A DNA stretch of 64,000 nucleotides from an uncultured Bacilli bacterium (GTDB lineage Bacteria > Bacillota_I > Bacilli_A > RF39 > UBA660), in contig CANQOV010000001.1 in NCBI GenBank assembly GCA_947625575.1, positions 1,498 through 65,497 on the forward strand, written 5' to 3'. Every line of letters begins with the position of its first letter. The first letter of the stretch is position 1. The notes under the pieces were generated by a model, which worked only from the letters and a program-made list of their open reading frames with translations, was not told the origin of the DNA and ran no database searches. This document shows, one piece after another, positions 48,092 through 57,698 of the stretch. Made by a program: the position numbers and the translations under genes.

Positions 48092-49837
48092 TTAATCCTT
48101 TTTAATAGCTATTCCCAACTCATCAAGTTGTCTATTAGAAACAACGTTTGGAGCATCACTCATCAAATCACTTGCAGATAATGTCTTAGGAAAAGCTACC
48201 ACATCACGAATATTATCTGTACCTAATAAAAGCATAACTAATCTTTCAAGACCAATACCTACCCCACAGTGATTAGGAGCACCATACTTAAATGCTTCCA
48301 AAAAGAATCCAAACTTTTCTTTAGCTTCTTCCAAAGATAGTCCAATTGCTTCAAATACTTTACTTTGTAACTCTTCATTATGAATTCTAACTGAGCCACT
48401 AAGAAGTTCATATCCATTTAAAACTAAATCATATGCTCTTGAATAACAATTAGCCTTATCATTAATTAATTTATCGATATCATCTTCATTTGGAGCAGTA
48501 AAAGGATGATGTGCAGCCACATATCTATTTTCAGCTTCACTAAATTCAAACATTGGAAAATCAGTAACCCATAAAAAATTAAACTTGTTCTTATCGATAA
48601 GTCCTAACTCATGACCTAACTTAACTCTTAATGCTCCAAGTGAAGTCTTAACAATATCTTTTTTATCGGCAATCATTAAAACTAAATCTCCATTATTAAG
48701 ATTTAACTTCTTAATTAACAAAGCACTTTCACTATCAGTAATACTTTTAGCTAATGAGCCACTAAAACTATTATTTTCATATTTTAAATAAGCTAGTCCT
48801 TTAGCATTAAATACCTTTACATAATTAGTTAACTTATCAATATCCTTTCTTGATAAAGAAGCATTTTCCACAACAAGAGCATTAACTATTCCCTTATTAT
48901 CTAAAACACTTTTAAACATACTAATTTCTGTATCTTTAAAGACATCACTAATATCTTTAAGTTCCATATCAAAACGTGTATCAGGTTTATCAGATCCATA
49001 TCTATCCATGCACTCTTTATAACAAATACGTTCAAAACTAGATAAATCAATACCTCTAATATCTTTAAATACTTCTCTCATCAAACCTTCAACAACACTA
49101 AATATATCTTCTTCATTAGCAAAACTCATCTCAATATCAATCTGTGTAAATTCAGGTTGTCTATCAGCACGCAAATCCTCATCTCTAAAACAACGAGCTA
49201 TTTGAAAATATCTTTCAATACCTCCAATCATTAAAAGTTGCTTATATATCTGAGGTGATTGAGGTAAAGCATAAAACTTACCATTAAAAACACGAGATGG
49301 CACTAAATAATCACGAGCACCCTCTGGTGTACTCTTACATAAAATAGGTGTTTCAACTTCTATAAAACCTAACTTAGATAAATAATTTCTAGCAAGTAAA
49401 CAAACTTTATGTCTTACCAATAAATTATTTTGTAAAGTACTTCTTCTTAAATCTAAATAACGATACTTTAATCTAGTATCCTCTCCTGCAGTAGTATCTC
49501 CAAAAATATTAAAAGGTAATTCTTCACTCTTATTAATAACTTCTAAATCTAAAACTAATACTTCTATTTCTCCTGTAGGAATATTTAAATTCTTACTTTC
49601 TCTTATAGAAATCTTACCCTTAATGCGTATAACATACTCATTTTTTAAAGAATTAGCTAAATCATAGAACTTATCTTCTGGTCTAATAACTAACTGTATT
49701 ATGCCACTTCTATCTCTTAAATCAATAAAAATAAGTCCCCCTAAATCACGTTTTTTATTAACCCAACCATATAATTCTACAACTTCACCAACATTTTTTA
49801 AACTTAAATCAGTATTAAAATATTTTTTCATAAACAC
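48092..49837 (-). CDS. aspS: Aspartate--tRNA ligase
   Basis: OB-fold N-terminus, class II motifs (…FRDEDLRADRQPEFTQID…, …GGIERL…) and the bacterial-type insertion domain. 581 aa. Confidence 0.9.
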   Translation of the reverse strand: MFMKKYFNTDLSLKNVGEVVELYGWVNKKRDLGGLIFIDLRDRSGIIQLVIRPEDKFYDLANSLKNEYVIRIKGKISIRESKNLNIPTGEIEVLVLDLEVINKSEELPFNIFGDTTAGEDTRLKYRYLDLRRSTLQNNLLVRHKVCLLARNYLSKLGFIEVETPILCKSTPEGARDYLVPSRVFNGKFYALPQSPQIYKQLLMIGGIERYFQIARCFRDEDLRADRQPEFTQIDIEMSFANEEDIFSVVEGLMREVFKDIRGIDLSSFERICYKECMDRYGSDKPDTRFDMELKDISDVFKDTEISMFKSVLDNKGIVNALVVENASLSRKDIDKLTNYVKVFNAKGLAYLKYENNSFSGSLAKSITDSESALLIKKLNLNNGDLVLMIADKKDIVKTSLGALRVKLGHELGLIDKNKFNFLWVTDFPMFEFSEAENRYVAAHHPFTAPNEDDIDKLINDKANCYSRAYDLVLNGYELLSGSVRIHNEELQSKVFEAIGLSLEEAKEKFGFFLEAFKYGAPNHCGVGIGLERLVMLLLGTDNIRDVVAFPKTLSASDLMSDAPNVVSNRQLDELGIAIKKD

Positions 49838-50048
49838 TCCTTTAAATAAAAAAATTCCATGTATAAGGACGAATTACTTCGTGGTACCACCTTATTTCAT
49901 AGAATTACTATCTCTTTCTTTTAACGCAAGAAAACGGTTTAATTTATAGTTTGTTGTCTATTTCAATCTTCATATTTAAGGCTCTCAGCAACTACCTATT
50001 CTCTTTAAAATAATCCCATCTACTTCTTCAAACAATTAAACAATTTAT
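49838..50048 (-). promoter_or_regulatory. Putative T-box riboswitch leader of aspS
   Basis: Minus strand carries AATAAGGTGGTACCACG, matching the T-box consensus AAUUAGGGUGGUACCGCG at about 14 of 17 positions, 40 nt before the aspS RBS. An upstream AGAGA element and a GAC-A (Asp) candidate specifier are present. Leader length about 210 nt. Confidence 0.5.
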
Positions 50049-50054
50049 AAATAT

Positions 50055-50083
50055 ATCATACTTTAAATATTACCATTTGTCAA
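50055..50083 (-). promoter_or_regulatory. Putative sigma-A promoter of the T-box-aspS unit
   Basis: Minus strand TTGACA (50083-50078), 17-nt spacer, TATGAT (50060-50055). Confidence 0.4.
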
Positions 50084-50090
50084 ATAAGTA

Positions 50091-50972
50091 CTATCTTTTT
50101 CTAACAAAACTTTTCTTTTCCATATCACAAGATACATAACTAGGAATAATATCCTTAGAAAAATATGAATTTAAATACATAGCAACATTATTTTTATTAA
50201 AATCATCATCACATATACCATTATTATATTGAATACCTGCAAGCAAAACATCTTTACAAACTGCCCAGTCAGTATCAATATCCACTAACCAAAGAATATC
50301 ACTAACACTAAATAAATAATCTTTATCTTTAAAGATAACTAATCCACTAGGAAGTCTATAATATGTATTTTTATCTGTATTAAAAACAATATATTTCTTT
50401 CCATTAAATAAATATTCATCAAATTCTTTAGGTTGAAATGAAGTATTCTCTTTCCAATAAGGAACACTATCAACTGTATAAGTTTTATCTGTCTTTAATA
50501 AATTATTAACATAATACTCTTTCATAAAACTATTATATGTTTCTAAATCACTTACAAGCTTATCAACAAATTGTCCGTAAACTGTTTCTAAAACCCCATT
50601 TTCATTAAGATAAGGCTCTTTACAAGCATCTTTAATCATTGAATATCTAACAACTGGTCTAATACCATATCTTCTATAAGTCGCATCTTTTAAACTAAGT
50701 GCTAAATCAGCTCCATTACAATAAACATAATCTTTTAGATTAGCCCCTAACCAATAAGAAGCTGATACCATATCTAATTTTTGATTATAAAGAGTAAATG
50801 CTCCAGTTGCACAAGCAAAATCACTAGGTTTTGCTGCATAAGATATCTTATTAAAAAAACTTAATTTTTCATCGCCACGAACTTGTTCTGGCTTTAATAA
50901 TGTAAAATTTTCCACGTATTTCTCCTTTAAAACTGCACTACCCATTTTACCAAACTTTTCTCTAATAATCAA
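50091..50972 (-). CDS. Hypothetical protein (unknown function), translationally coupled to murI
   Basis: 293-aa ORF overlapping the murI stop by 4 nt. No recognisable motif. Confidence 0.4.
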   Translation of the reverse strand: MIIREKFGKMGSAVLKEKYVENFTLLKPEQVRGDEKLSFFNKISYAAKPSDFACATGAFTLYNQKLDMVSASYWLGANLKDYVYCNGADLALSLKDATYRRYGIRPVVRYSMIKDACKEPYLNENGVLETVYGQFVDKLVSDLETYNSFMKEYYVNNLLKTDKTYTVDSVPYWKENTSFQPKEFDEYLFNGKKYIVFNTDKNTYYRLPSGLVIFKDKDYLFSVSDILWLVDIDTDWAVCKDVLLAGIQYNNGICDDDFNKNNVAMYLNSYFSKDIIPSYVSCDMEKKSFVRKR

Positions 50973-51706
50973 GAAATATTTAAAATTTTATAAAATCTTT
51001 CTTCTTTTTCTTTAGAACAAGCAGAATCAATAAAAGTAATTTCAAGATTTCCTTTCATCTTTTTAGTTACTTTTCTTTCTAATTGTTTAGCCACTCCATA
51101 TCCACTATCAAAAAAGTTAACATCACCAAAAATCTCTTTTAAAATATCTTTAATAAGTGGATAATGTGTACAACCCAAAACAATATTATCAATCTTATCA
51201 TAATCTTTAAACATAAGAGATAAATATTGTTTAATTTTCACTTTATTACCCTCTTCAATCAACTCGGCAAGACCAACACAAGGACAAATTATAGTCTTAC
51301 CATTATTATACTTATCGTATAATAGATGAAACTTTTCACTTTCAATAGTCCCTTTTGTAGCCATAACTAATGTCTTTCCATTAAAATTATGATCATAGAC
51401 CATTTTATATGCTGGAACTGTTGCAATAAAAGTAATATCTTTAAAATCTTTTCTTAATCTATCAACACATAATACACTTGCTGTATTACAAGCAATAACA
51501 ATAGTCTTACAACCATTATTAATAAGAAAATTAACTATCCTAGATACAATTTGATATAAAGAAACAACATCTTTATCGCCATAAGGATTATTAAAAGAAT
51601 CACTGTAATATAGAAATTTCTCATGAGGTAACAACTTAATAATTTCCTTTAAAATTGTTACTCCACCAATACCAGAATCAAAAACACCTATCATAAAATA
51701 CTCCAA
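50969..51706 (-). CDS. murI: Glutamate racemase
   Basis: …IGVFDSGIGGVT… and …IVIACNTAS…GCTHYP… catalytic Cys blocks. Confidence 0.85.
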   Translation of the reverse strand: MEYFMIGVFDSGIGGVTILKEIIKLLPHEKFLYYSDSFNNPYGDKDVVSLYQIVSRIVNFLINNGCKTIVIACNTASVLCVDRLRKDFKDITFIATVPAYKMVYDHNFNGKTLVMATKGTIESEKFHLLYDKYNNGKTIICPCVGLAELIEEGNKVKIKQYLSLMFKDYDKIDNIVLGCTHYPLIKDILKEIFGDVNFFDSGYGVAKQLERKVTKKMKGNLEITFIDSACSKEKEERFYKILNIS

Positions 51707-51732
51707 TAAAATAAATTAAAAAAAAGAAGAAA

Positions 51733-53487
51733 TTATTCCAAAATTGCTTTTATTCTTCTTACGCCACTAGAACAAGCTTCTTCTTTTATTATTTTAAAGT
51801 GTCCAAGACAACTAGTATTTTGAACGTGTGGGCCACCACATAATTCTTTGGAAACATCTCCAATAAAATAAACCGTAACAACATCGCCATACTTATCTAA
51901 AAACATTGCTTCTGCTCCAATATTAAGTGCTTCTTCTTTTTTCATCGTCTTAACTACAACTGGTAAAGCCTCTTTAATATATTGGTTTACTAGCTCTTCA
52001 GTCTTTTTAATTTCTAAATCAGTCATCTTTCTATCCCAAGAAAAATCAAATCTCATCCTCTCAGTAGTAATATTACTACCTTTTTGATGAACACTATCTC
52101 CTAATACTTTCTTTAAAGCTGCATTAAGTAAATGTGTTGCTGTATGATATTTAATACTAATTTCACTGTGATCTCCAAGACCTCCAGCAAACTTCTTAGA
52201 TGATCCAACTCTAGATTTTTCTTGATGTTCACGAAACTTTTCATGGAATCCTTCTACATCAACATCTAAAGATCTTTCACTAGCCATTTCACAAGTAAGT
52301 TCAATTGGAAAACCAAAAGTATCATATAAATGAAAAGCTAAATCTTTAGGAATTACTTTAATAGAACTAGAAACTGCTTTTTCAAACTCTTTTATACCTT
52401 TTTCTAAAGTACGAGCAAACTTAATCTTCTCTTGTCTTAAAACCTCTTTAATTACTTCTTTATTTCTAGCTAACTCTTCATAATAATCTTTATAATTATC
52501 TATTACAATCTGTGCAATATCTTCTAAAAAATCACTATTTAAATCAATATTTAAATTCTTAGCATGACGTATTGCTCTTCTAATTAATCTTCTTAAAATA
52601 TAACCTTGATCAGTATTAGATGGTTTAATTCCAACATCATCACCTGCAATAAAAACAGCACTTCTAACATGATCTGCAATTATACGCATACTTCTTTCAT
52701 TACCCTCATAACTAAGATGAGAAATCTCTTCTATCTTTTTAATAATGTCTATCCAAACAGAAGACTTATAACTATCATAACAACCCTCTAAAACTGCTAC
52801 TACTCTTTCATAGCCCATACCAGTATCAACATTTTTTTGTTTTAAAGGAACAAAACTGCCATTAGACGTCTTCTCATACTGCATAAAAACATTATTCCAA
52901 ATCTCAACCCAATTCTTATCATTAACATCAAAACTACTAGGAACATCCTCACCCCGATAATAAAATATCTCCGTATCAGGTCCACAAGGTCCCACCACAT
53001 TAGCAGGTCCCCACCAATTATCATCTTCTCCTAAAGCAACAATTTTTTTACTATCTATTCCAAGATTTAACCAACATTCTTTCGTTTCATCATCGAAAGG
53101 AACAAACTCATTTCCGCGAAAGACACTTACCCCCAATCTTTCAACAGGAATATTCAAAACTTTAGTTAAAAATTCGAACGAATAACTAACAGCTTCCTTT
53201 TTAAAATAATCTCCTAAGCTCCAATTACCAAGCATTTCAAAAAAAGTATGATGAGTTGTATCGCCAACAGAATCCAAATCTGTCAATCTAATACATTTCT
53301 GATAATCAGTTAATCTTTTTCCTAAAGGGTGTTCTTTTCCCATTAAATAAGGCACCAAAGGTTGCATACCAGCAGTATTAAATAAAACACTAGGATCATT
53401 TTCCGGTATTAATGAAGCACTAGGTATAAACGCATGACCTTTACTAACAAAAAAATCAATATATAATTTTTTTAAATTTTCTTTCAC
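51733..53487 (-). CDS. alaS: Compact alanine--tRNA ligase (catalytic plus editing domains; lacks beta-barrel linker and C-Ala domain)
   Basis: N-terminus …FFVSKGHAFIPSASLIPENDPSVLFNTAGMQ…HHTFFEMLGNWSLGDYFK… is the AlaRS class II core. Editing motifs HTATHLLNAAL and CGGPHV. Only 584 aa against about 870 for canonical AlaRS. Confidence 0.65.
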   Translation of the reverse strand: MKENLKKLYIDFFVSKGHAFIPSASLIPENDPSVLFNTAGMQPLVPYLMGKEHPLGKRLTDYQKCIRLTDLDSVGDTTHHTFFEMLGNWSLGDYFKKEAVSYSFEFLTKVLNIPVERLGVSVFRGNEFVPFDDETKECWLNLGIDSKKIVALGEDDNWWGPANVVGPCGPDTEIFYYRGEDVPSSFDVNDKNWVEIWNNVFMQYEKTSNGSFVPLKQKNVDTGMGYERVVAVLEGCYDSYKSSVWIDIIKKIEEISHLSYEGNERSMRIIADHVRSAVFIAGDDVGIKPSNTDQGYILRRLIRRAIRHAKNLNIDLNSDFLEDIAQIVIDNYKDYYEELARNKEVIKEVLRQEKIKFARTLEKGIKEFEKAVSSSIKVIPKDLAFHLYDTFGFPIELTCEMASERSLDVDVEGFHEKFREHQEKSRVGSSKKFAGGLGDHSEISIKYHTATHLLNAALKKVLGDSVHQKGSNITTERMRFDFSWDRKMTDLEIKKTEELVNQYIKEALPVVVKTMKKEEALNIGAEAMFLDKYGDVVTVYFIGDVSKELCGGPHVQNTSCLGHFKIIKEEACSSGVRRIKAILE

Positions 53488-54017
53488 TTTATCACCTCGC
53501 TAGCAAACTCTGTTGCTTTAGTTTTTAGATTATCTAAATCTTTATCATTATGAATAACATAATCAAAATCAGTATAATTATCTAAAGCCACCTCAGTATA
53601 AGCTTTTTGTTGTTCTAAACTAAGTGAAGTAACAAAATTATCTCTAACAATCTTAATAGTAAGAGCCTCATAGTTTTTCTTAATTTCTTCAATTTCAATT
53701 TCTTCTCTTACATCACTTATAATAGCAACATCAAAAAAATAACTTAAAACCTTTATATCATCAACTATTCTTTTGACATTAAAATATTTATCAACCTTAC
53801 CTCTTATAATATCAGTACCTAAATAATTTAAAAAATCTCTTGGTTTATCTTCATCATTTCCACTCCAACCAAAATACTTTTTAGTATAGTACTTAATATA
53901 ATCTCCAAAACCTAATCTACAAACACGAATATTTTTATTTTTTAATTCTTCTTCTAAAAATGTAGCAAAACTATCTTTGCCACTTCTTGCTTTACCTGCA
54001 ATTAAAACTACTTTCAT
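53484..54017 (-). CDS. P-loop kinase resembling phage T4-type deoxynucleoside-monophosphate kinase
   Basis: N-terminus MKVVLIAGKARSGKDSFATF… resembles the T4 gp1 MKLIFLSGVKRSGKDTTADF. 177 aa. Confidence 0.4.
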   Translation of the reverse strand: MKVVLIAGKARSGKDSFATFLEEELKNKNIRVCRLGFGDYIKYYTKKYFGWSGNDEDKPRDFLNYLGTDIIRGKVDKYFNVKRIVDDIKVLSYFFDVAIISDVREEIEIEEIKKNYEALTIKIVRDNFVTSLSLEQQKAYTEVALDNYTDFDYVIHNDKDLDNLKTKATEFASEVIK

Positions 54018-54018
54018 C

Positions 54019-55200
54019 TTAACTTCTACTCTCTATCTTCTTTTTACTATTTTTTCTTACTTCCCCTTGTTTTATCTTAGCAATAAATTCATATTTCTCA
54101 TCAAAATAATAAATAACCATCTTTAAAAATGCTAAAACTGGTGTTGCAATAACCATACCTAAAATTCCAAAGAAATAACCAAAAATTAATAATCCAACCA
54201 TAATAGTAACAGGATGTAACTTCATTGTTTTTCCATATATTAAAGGCTCAAGAACAATATTATCAATCTGTTGAACTACTAAAGCAACAACTGCTGCTAA
54301 AATACCAGTAAGAGGACTTATTGTAAATCCCACCATTACACAAATTGCTCCACCAATCCATGGTCCAATATAAGGAATTACATTAGTAATACCACAGATA
54401 ATACCAAATAGTAATGGTGAAGGTAAACTAATCAAAGAATATCCAATAGATGAAATAATTGAAACTGCAAACGCTATCAATAACATACCTTGAATAAAGT
54501 TTCTAAATGCTCCACTAAAACGCGAAACCATTGCCCTAATACTTTCATGAAATTTTTTAGGAATAAATTCCATAATTCCATCAATATTATCAAAATCTAA
54601 TAATAAGTAGAAACCAACAACTAATCCCAATAAAAATGTGCCAACACTAGAAATAGTTGAACTTAAAAAGTTAACAATTGCTGTAGGTAATGAATTAGTA
54701 AGACTAATACCTATATTCTCGATAGTATCGTATATTCCACTTTCAACCCCACTCATATCAAGACCTAAAGAACTAAATTTACTAAACATATTATGAATAA
54801 AGTCAGAAACCTCTAAAAATAATGACGGAATCATCTTTGCAAATTCATTAATTTGGTTGATCAACATTGGTCCAATTAAAGAACATATCAATATTAAAAA
54901 TACTAAAAATGCAAAAAAGACAAACACTGTAGCTAAAGTTCTTTTAATCTTATGTTTTTCCATCCATGATACTATAGGATCTAAAAGCCAAGCAAATATT
55001 AATCCTATAAAAAATGGTGCACAGACAGCTAAAACATTACCAATCATTTTAAATATACCAGATACTTTACCTAAAACAAAGGCAATTAAAATAACTCCAA
55101 TAATTACAATAACATAAAATATTTTTAAAATCTTATTTGATAATGTAATAGTCTCATTAAGTTTTTCATAATCAATTTTCTTTTTATCCATTATAGCCAC
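54019..55200 (-). CDS. AI-2E family transporter (PerM/YhhT-like)
   Basis: 393-aa polytopic membrane protein with the AI-2E-like TM arrangement and a conserved central region. Confidence 0.6.
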   Translation of the reverse strand: MAIMDKKKIDYEKLNETITLSNKILKIFYVIVIIGVILIAFVLGKVSGIFKMIGNVLAVCAPFFIGLIFAWLLDPIVSWMEKHKIKRTLATVFVFFAFLVFLILICSLIGPMLINQINEFAKMIPSLFLEVSDFIHNMFSKFSSLGLDMSGVESGIYDTIENIGISLTNSLPTAIVNFLSSTISSVGTFLLGLVVGFYLLLDFDNIDGIMEFIPKKFHESIRAMVSRFSGAFRNFIQGMLLIAFAVSIISSIGYSLISLPSPLLFGIICGITNVIPYIGPWIGGAICVMVGFTISPLTGILAAVVALVVQQIDNIVLEPLIYGKTMKLHPVTIMVGLLIFGYFFGILGMVIATPVLAFLKMVIYYFDEKYEFIAKIKQGEVRKNSKKKIESRS

Positions 55201-55277
55201 CAGTAGAAACTCTACTTTTCCTCTCTTTAATTAGTATAACATTTTTTATATCCACTAACAATAATTTTTTATTATAA

Positions 55278-55307
55278 AACCCTCAATTCTCCAAAGAATT
55301 AAGGGTT
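55278..55307 (-). terminator. Rho-independent terminator of the small minus-strand ORF
   Basis: AACCCTCAATTC-tccaaa-GAATTAAGGGTT (one mismatch). The minus strand is followed by TTTTATAATAAAAAA. Confidence 0.45.
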
Positions 55308-55311
55308 AAAA

Positions 55312-55476
55312 CTACTTACTATCTTTACTGTCCATACTACTTGTTCTTCCAAGTTTACTTCCAATCATACTTTTAATACTTTCTTTTGCTTGTTTTGGCA
55401 TAGCCATATATGCTCCAACACCTGCCATAACAGTTGCACCAACAACATAAGTAAGTGCTTTTTTCATTTTATTCAT
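55312..55476 (-). CDS. Possible 54-aa small protein (MNKMKKALTYVVGATVMAGVGAYMAMPKQAKESIKSMIGSKLGRTSSMDSKDSK)
   Basis: Below the ORF-track size cutoff. RBS GAGGTGA 5 nt before the ATG. An amphipathic/TM segment. A terminator follows immediately. Confidence 0.3.
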   Translation of the reverse strand: MNKMKKALTYVVGATVMAGVGAYMAMPKQAKESIKSMIGSKLGRTSSMDSKDSK

Positions 55477-55509
55477 CTGTTCACCTCAATAAATATTATG
55501 AATCGCTAA

Positions 55510-57687
55510 CTACGAATTAATACATGAATTAAGTAATTTCTTTAAATTAGTCTTTCTTTCATCTTCACGATGATTATTAATTCCTTTAGCAAAACTATAA
55601 ATATCGCCAATTAAAATTAATTTCTTTTTCGCTCTTGTAATTGCAGTATATAAAAGTTTTCGATACAACATTATTCCATATTGAGGTAAAATTGGTAAAA
55701 TAACCACATCAAACTCACTGCCTTGAGATTTATGAACACTTATAACATAACCTAATTTCAAATTAGAAAAATTACTTAAAGTAAGTCTAACTATATTACC
55801 GTCAAAATCCACCAACATATACTTTTCTTTAGAATTACCAATTTCTAAAATCGTTCCCACATCGCCATTATAAACATTTTCATCAGGCATATTAACTACA
55901 TTTAAAACTCTATCATTTTCTCTATATGTAACTGCATTATGAATTATTTCTTTTTTATTTCTTGCTTTAGGATTAACAATCGATTGAACAAAATAATTAA
56001 GTTCATCAATTCCATTATCTCCTCGATAAATTGGAGCCATAATTTGTAAACTATCATAATTTAAATTATAATCATCTAAAACTTCTTTTAATTTATCTTT
56101 TAAATTATCAAAATTTGCCGGAATAAATAACAAATCATCTTTTTCATTAAATATATTGCTATCATACAAATCATGATTAATCTGATATGCTAACATATTA
56201 ATATTAGATTCTTCTTTTTGTCGATATAACTTTTCTAATTTAATAGTTAAAACAAGATCACTATCAATTAAATCTTTTAATATTTGACCACACCCTACAC
56301 TAGGTAATTGATTATAATCTCCAATCAAAATAATCTTTGTCATAGGCCTAAGACCTAAAAGTAAATTATGAAATAAATATATATCTAACATACTAACTTC
56401 ATCGATAATAACTAACTTAACATCACTTTTATTACTTTCATTGACTAAAAAAGTATCTTCATCTTTATTCCATTTTAAAAATCTATGGATTGTACTAGCA
56501 GGAAAATTAGTTTGTTCCTGTATTCTTTTACAAGCTCTTCCCGTTGGTGCAAGAAGAGCAACTTCGTTAACAAAAGTCCTAAAATCAATTTTATAAATAT
56601 TTTGATACAAAGAACAAATTCCCTTAATAACAGTAGTCTTACCAACACCCGGTCCTCCAGTAATAATCATAATATTATTTTCAATTGCTCCACATATAGC
56701 ATTAAATTGTTCTTTATTATAATTAATATTATATAATCTTTCCAAATCTTTAATATCACTAGAAGAAACCTTTACATTACTCTTACTCTTTGTTAAATCT
56801 ACAACTCTTTTAGCAATATTTTCTAAAGCCACATACATCTCTTTTAATAAAATATTATTATCATCTAAAACAAGTATATCAAGATCTAACAACCTATTAA
56901 TACCTTCCATAATTAAATCACTATTATTAATATTTAAAGCTCTATTAGTATAATAAATAACCTCATCATACGATAAATAACTATTACCAATATTTTGATT
57001 AACTTCATTAATAGCATAAACTATTCCTGCGTCAATTCTTCTACTATCATCATCTTTAATATCAAATTTACTACGTAATTTATCAACTCTTGTAAAAGTA
57101 ATCTCCTTTATATCTCTAACTAAAGTATAAGGATCAGTATTAATAATATCCATAGTGTTAGCTTTATACTCTTTATAAACTCTTAAAGCCTCTTTCATAC
57201 TAAAACCAATCTTTGTTAAATTTACAATAACTTCATAACTATTTCGATATTTAGATAATGCTTCATAGATAGTATCAATATTTTCTTTTGTAAGAGTAGG
57301 CACTAACCAAAGACTATCTTTATTTTCTAATATTACTTTTAAAGCATCTTCTCCTAAAACTTCCACTATCTTAGAAGCTTTTCTCTTACCAATCTTATGA
57401 AATAAATTACTAGATAAAAAATCAATTATCTTATCTTTTTCTTTAGGTAAAACTATTTCATAAGAGTCTACTTGAAACTGTTCGCCATACCTATCGTGTA
57501 TAACAATATTACCATAGAAAGTATACAAATCATGCTCGTTTAAAGAATCAAAATAACCCGTAAAAGTAATTGTTTTATTCTTTAATCTTACAATATCACT
57601 ACTTGTATCTTTAACTTTAAATAGCCCTACTACATAAGAAGAAGACTTAAAAATACATTGTTTAAAATTTCCCGTAATTTGTTGCAT
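55510..57687 (-). CDS. recD2: ATP-dependent RecD-like DNA helicase (RecD2)
   Basis: SF1B helicase motifs …ITGGPGVGKTT…, …LVIIDEVSMLD…, the SH3-like C-terminal …VSVHKSQGSEF… and an N-terminal HhH region. 725 aa. Confidence 0.85.
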   Translation of the reverse strand: MQQITGNFKQCIFKSSSYVVGLFKVKDTSSDIVRLKNKTITFTGYFDSLNEHDLYTFYGNIVIHDRYGEQFQVDSYEIVLPKEKDKIIDFLSSNLFHKIGKRKASKIVEVLGEDALKVILENKDSLWLVPTLTKENIDTIYEALSKYRNSYEVIVNLTKIGFSMKEALRVYKEYKANTMDIINTDPYTLVRDIKEITFTRVDKLRSKFDIKDDDSRRIDAGIVYAINEVNQNIGNSYLSYDEVIYYTNRALNINNSDLIMEGINRLLDLDILVLDDNNILLKEMYVALENIAKRVVDLTKSKSNVKVSSSDIKDLERLYNINYNKEQFNAICGAIENNIMIITGGPGVGKTTVIKGICSLYQNIYKIDFRTFVNEVALLAPTGRACKRIQEQTNFPASTIHRFLKWNKDEDTFLVNESNKSDVKLVIIDEVSMLDIYLFHNLLLGLRPMTKIILIGDYNQLPSVGCGQILKDLIDSDLVLTIKLEKLYRQKEESNINMLAYQINHDLYDSNIFNEKDDLLFIPANFDNLKDKLKEVLDDYNLNYDSLQIMAPIYRGDNGIDELNYFVQSIVNPKARNKKEIIHNAVTYRENDRVLNVVNMPDENVYNGDVGTILEIGNSKEKYMLVDFDGNIVRLTLSNFSNLKLGYVISVHKSQGSEFDVVILPILPQYGIMLYRKLLYTAITRAKKKLILIGDIYSFAKGINNHREDERKTNLKKLLNSCINS

Positions 57688-57698
57688 ATAAACCCTTT

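Noticed and set aside
49701-49949. 82-aa plus-strand ORF spanning the aspS 5' end and leader
   Set aside because: Lies antisense to the aspS start and T-box leader. No RBS.
52606-53024. Two short ORFs (61 and 60 aa) on either strand inside alaS
   Set aside because: Nested within or antisense to the AlaRS CDS. Biased composition.
54857-55117. 86-aa plus-strand ORF inside the AI-2E transporter gene
   Set aside because: Antisense shadow ORF.
56485-56736. 83-aa plus-strand ORF inside recD2
   Set aside because: Antisense shadow ORF.
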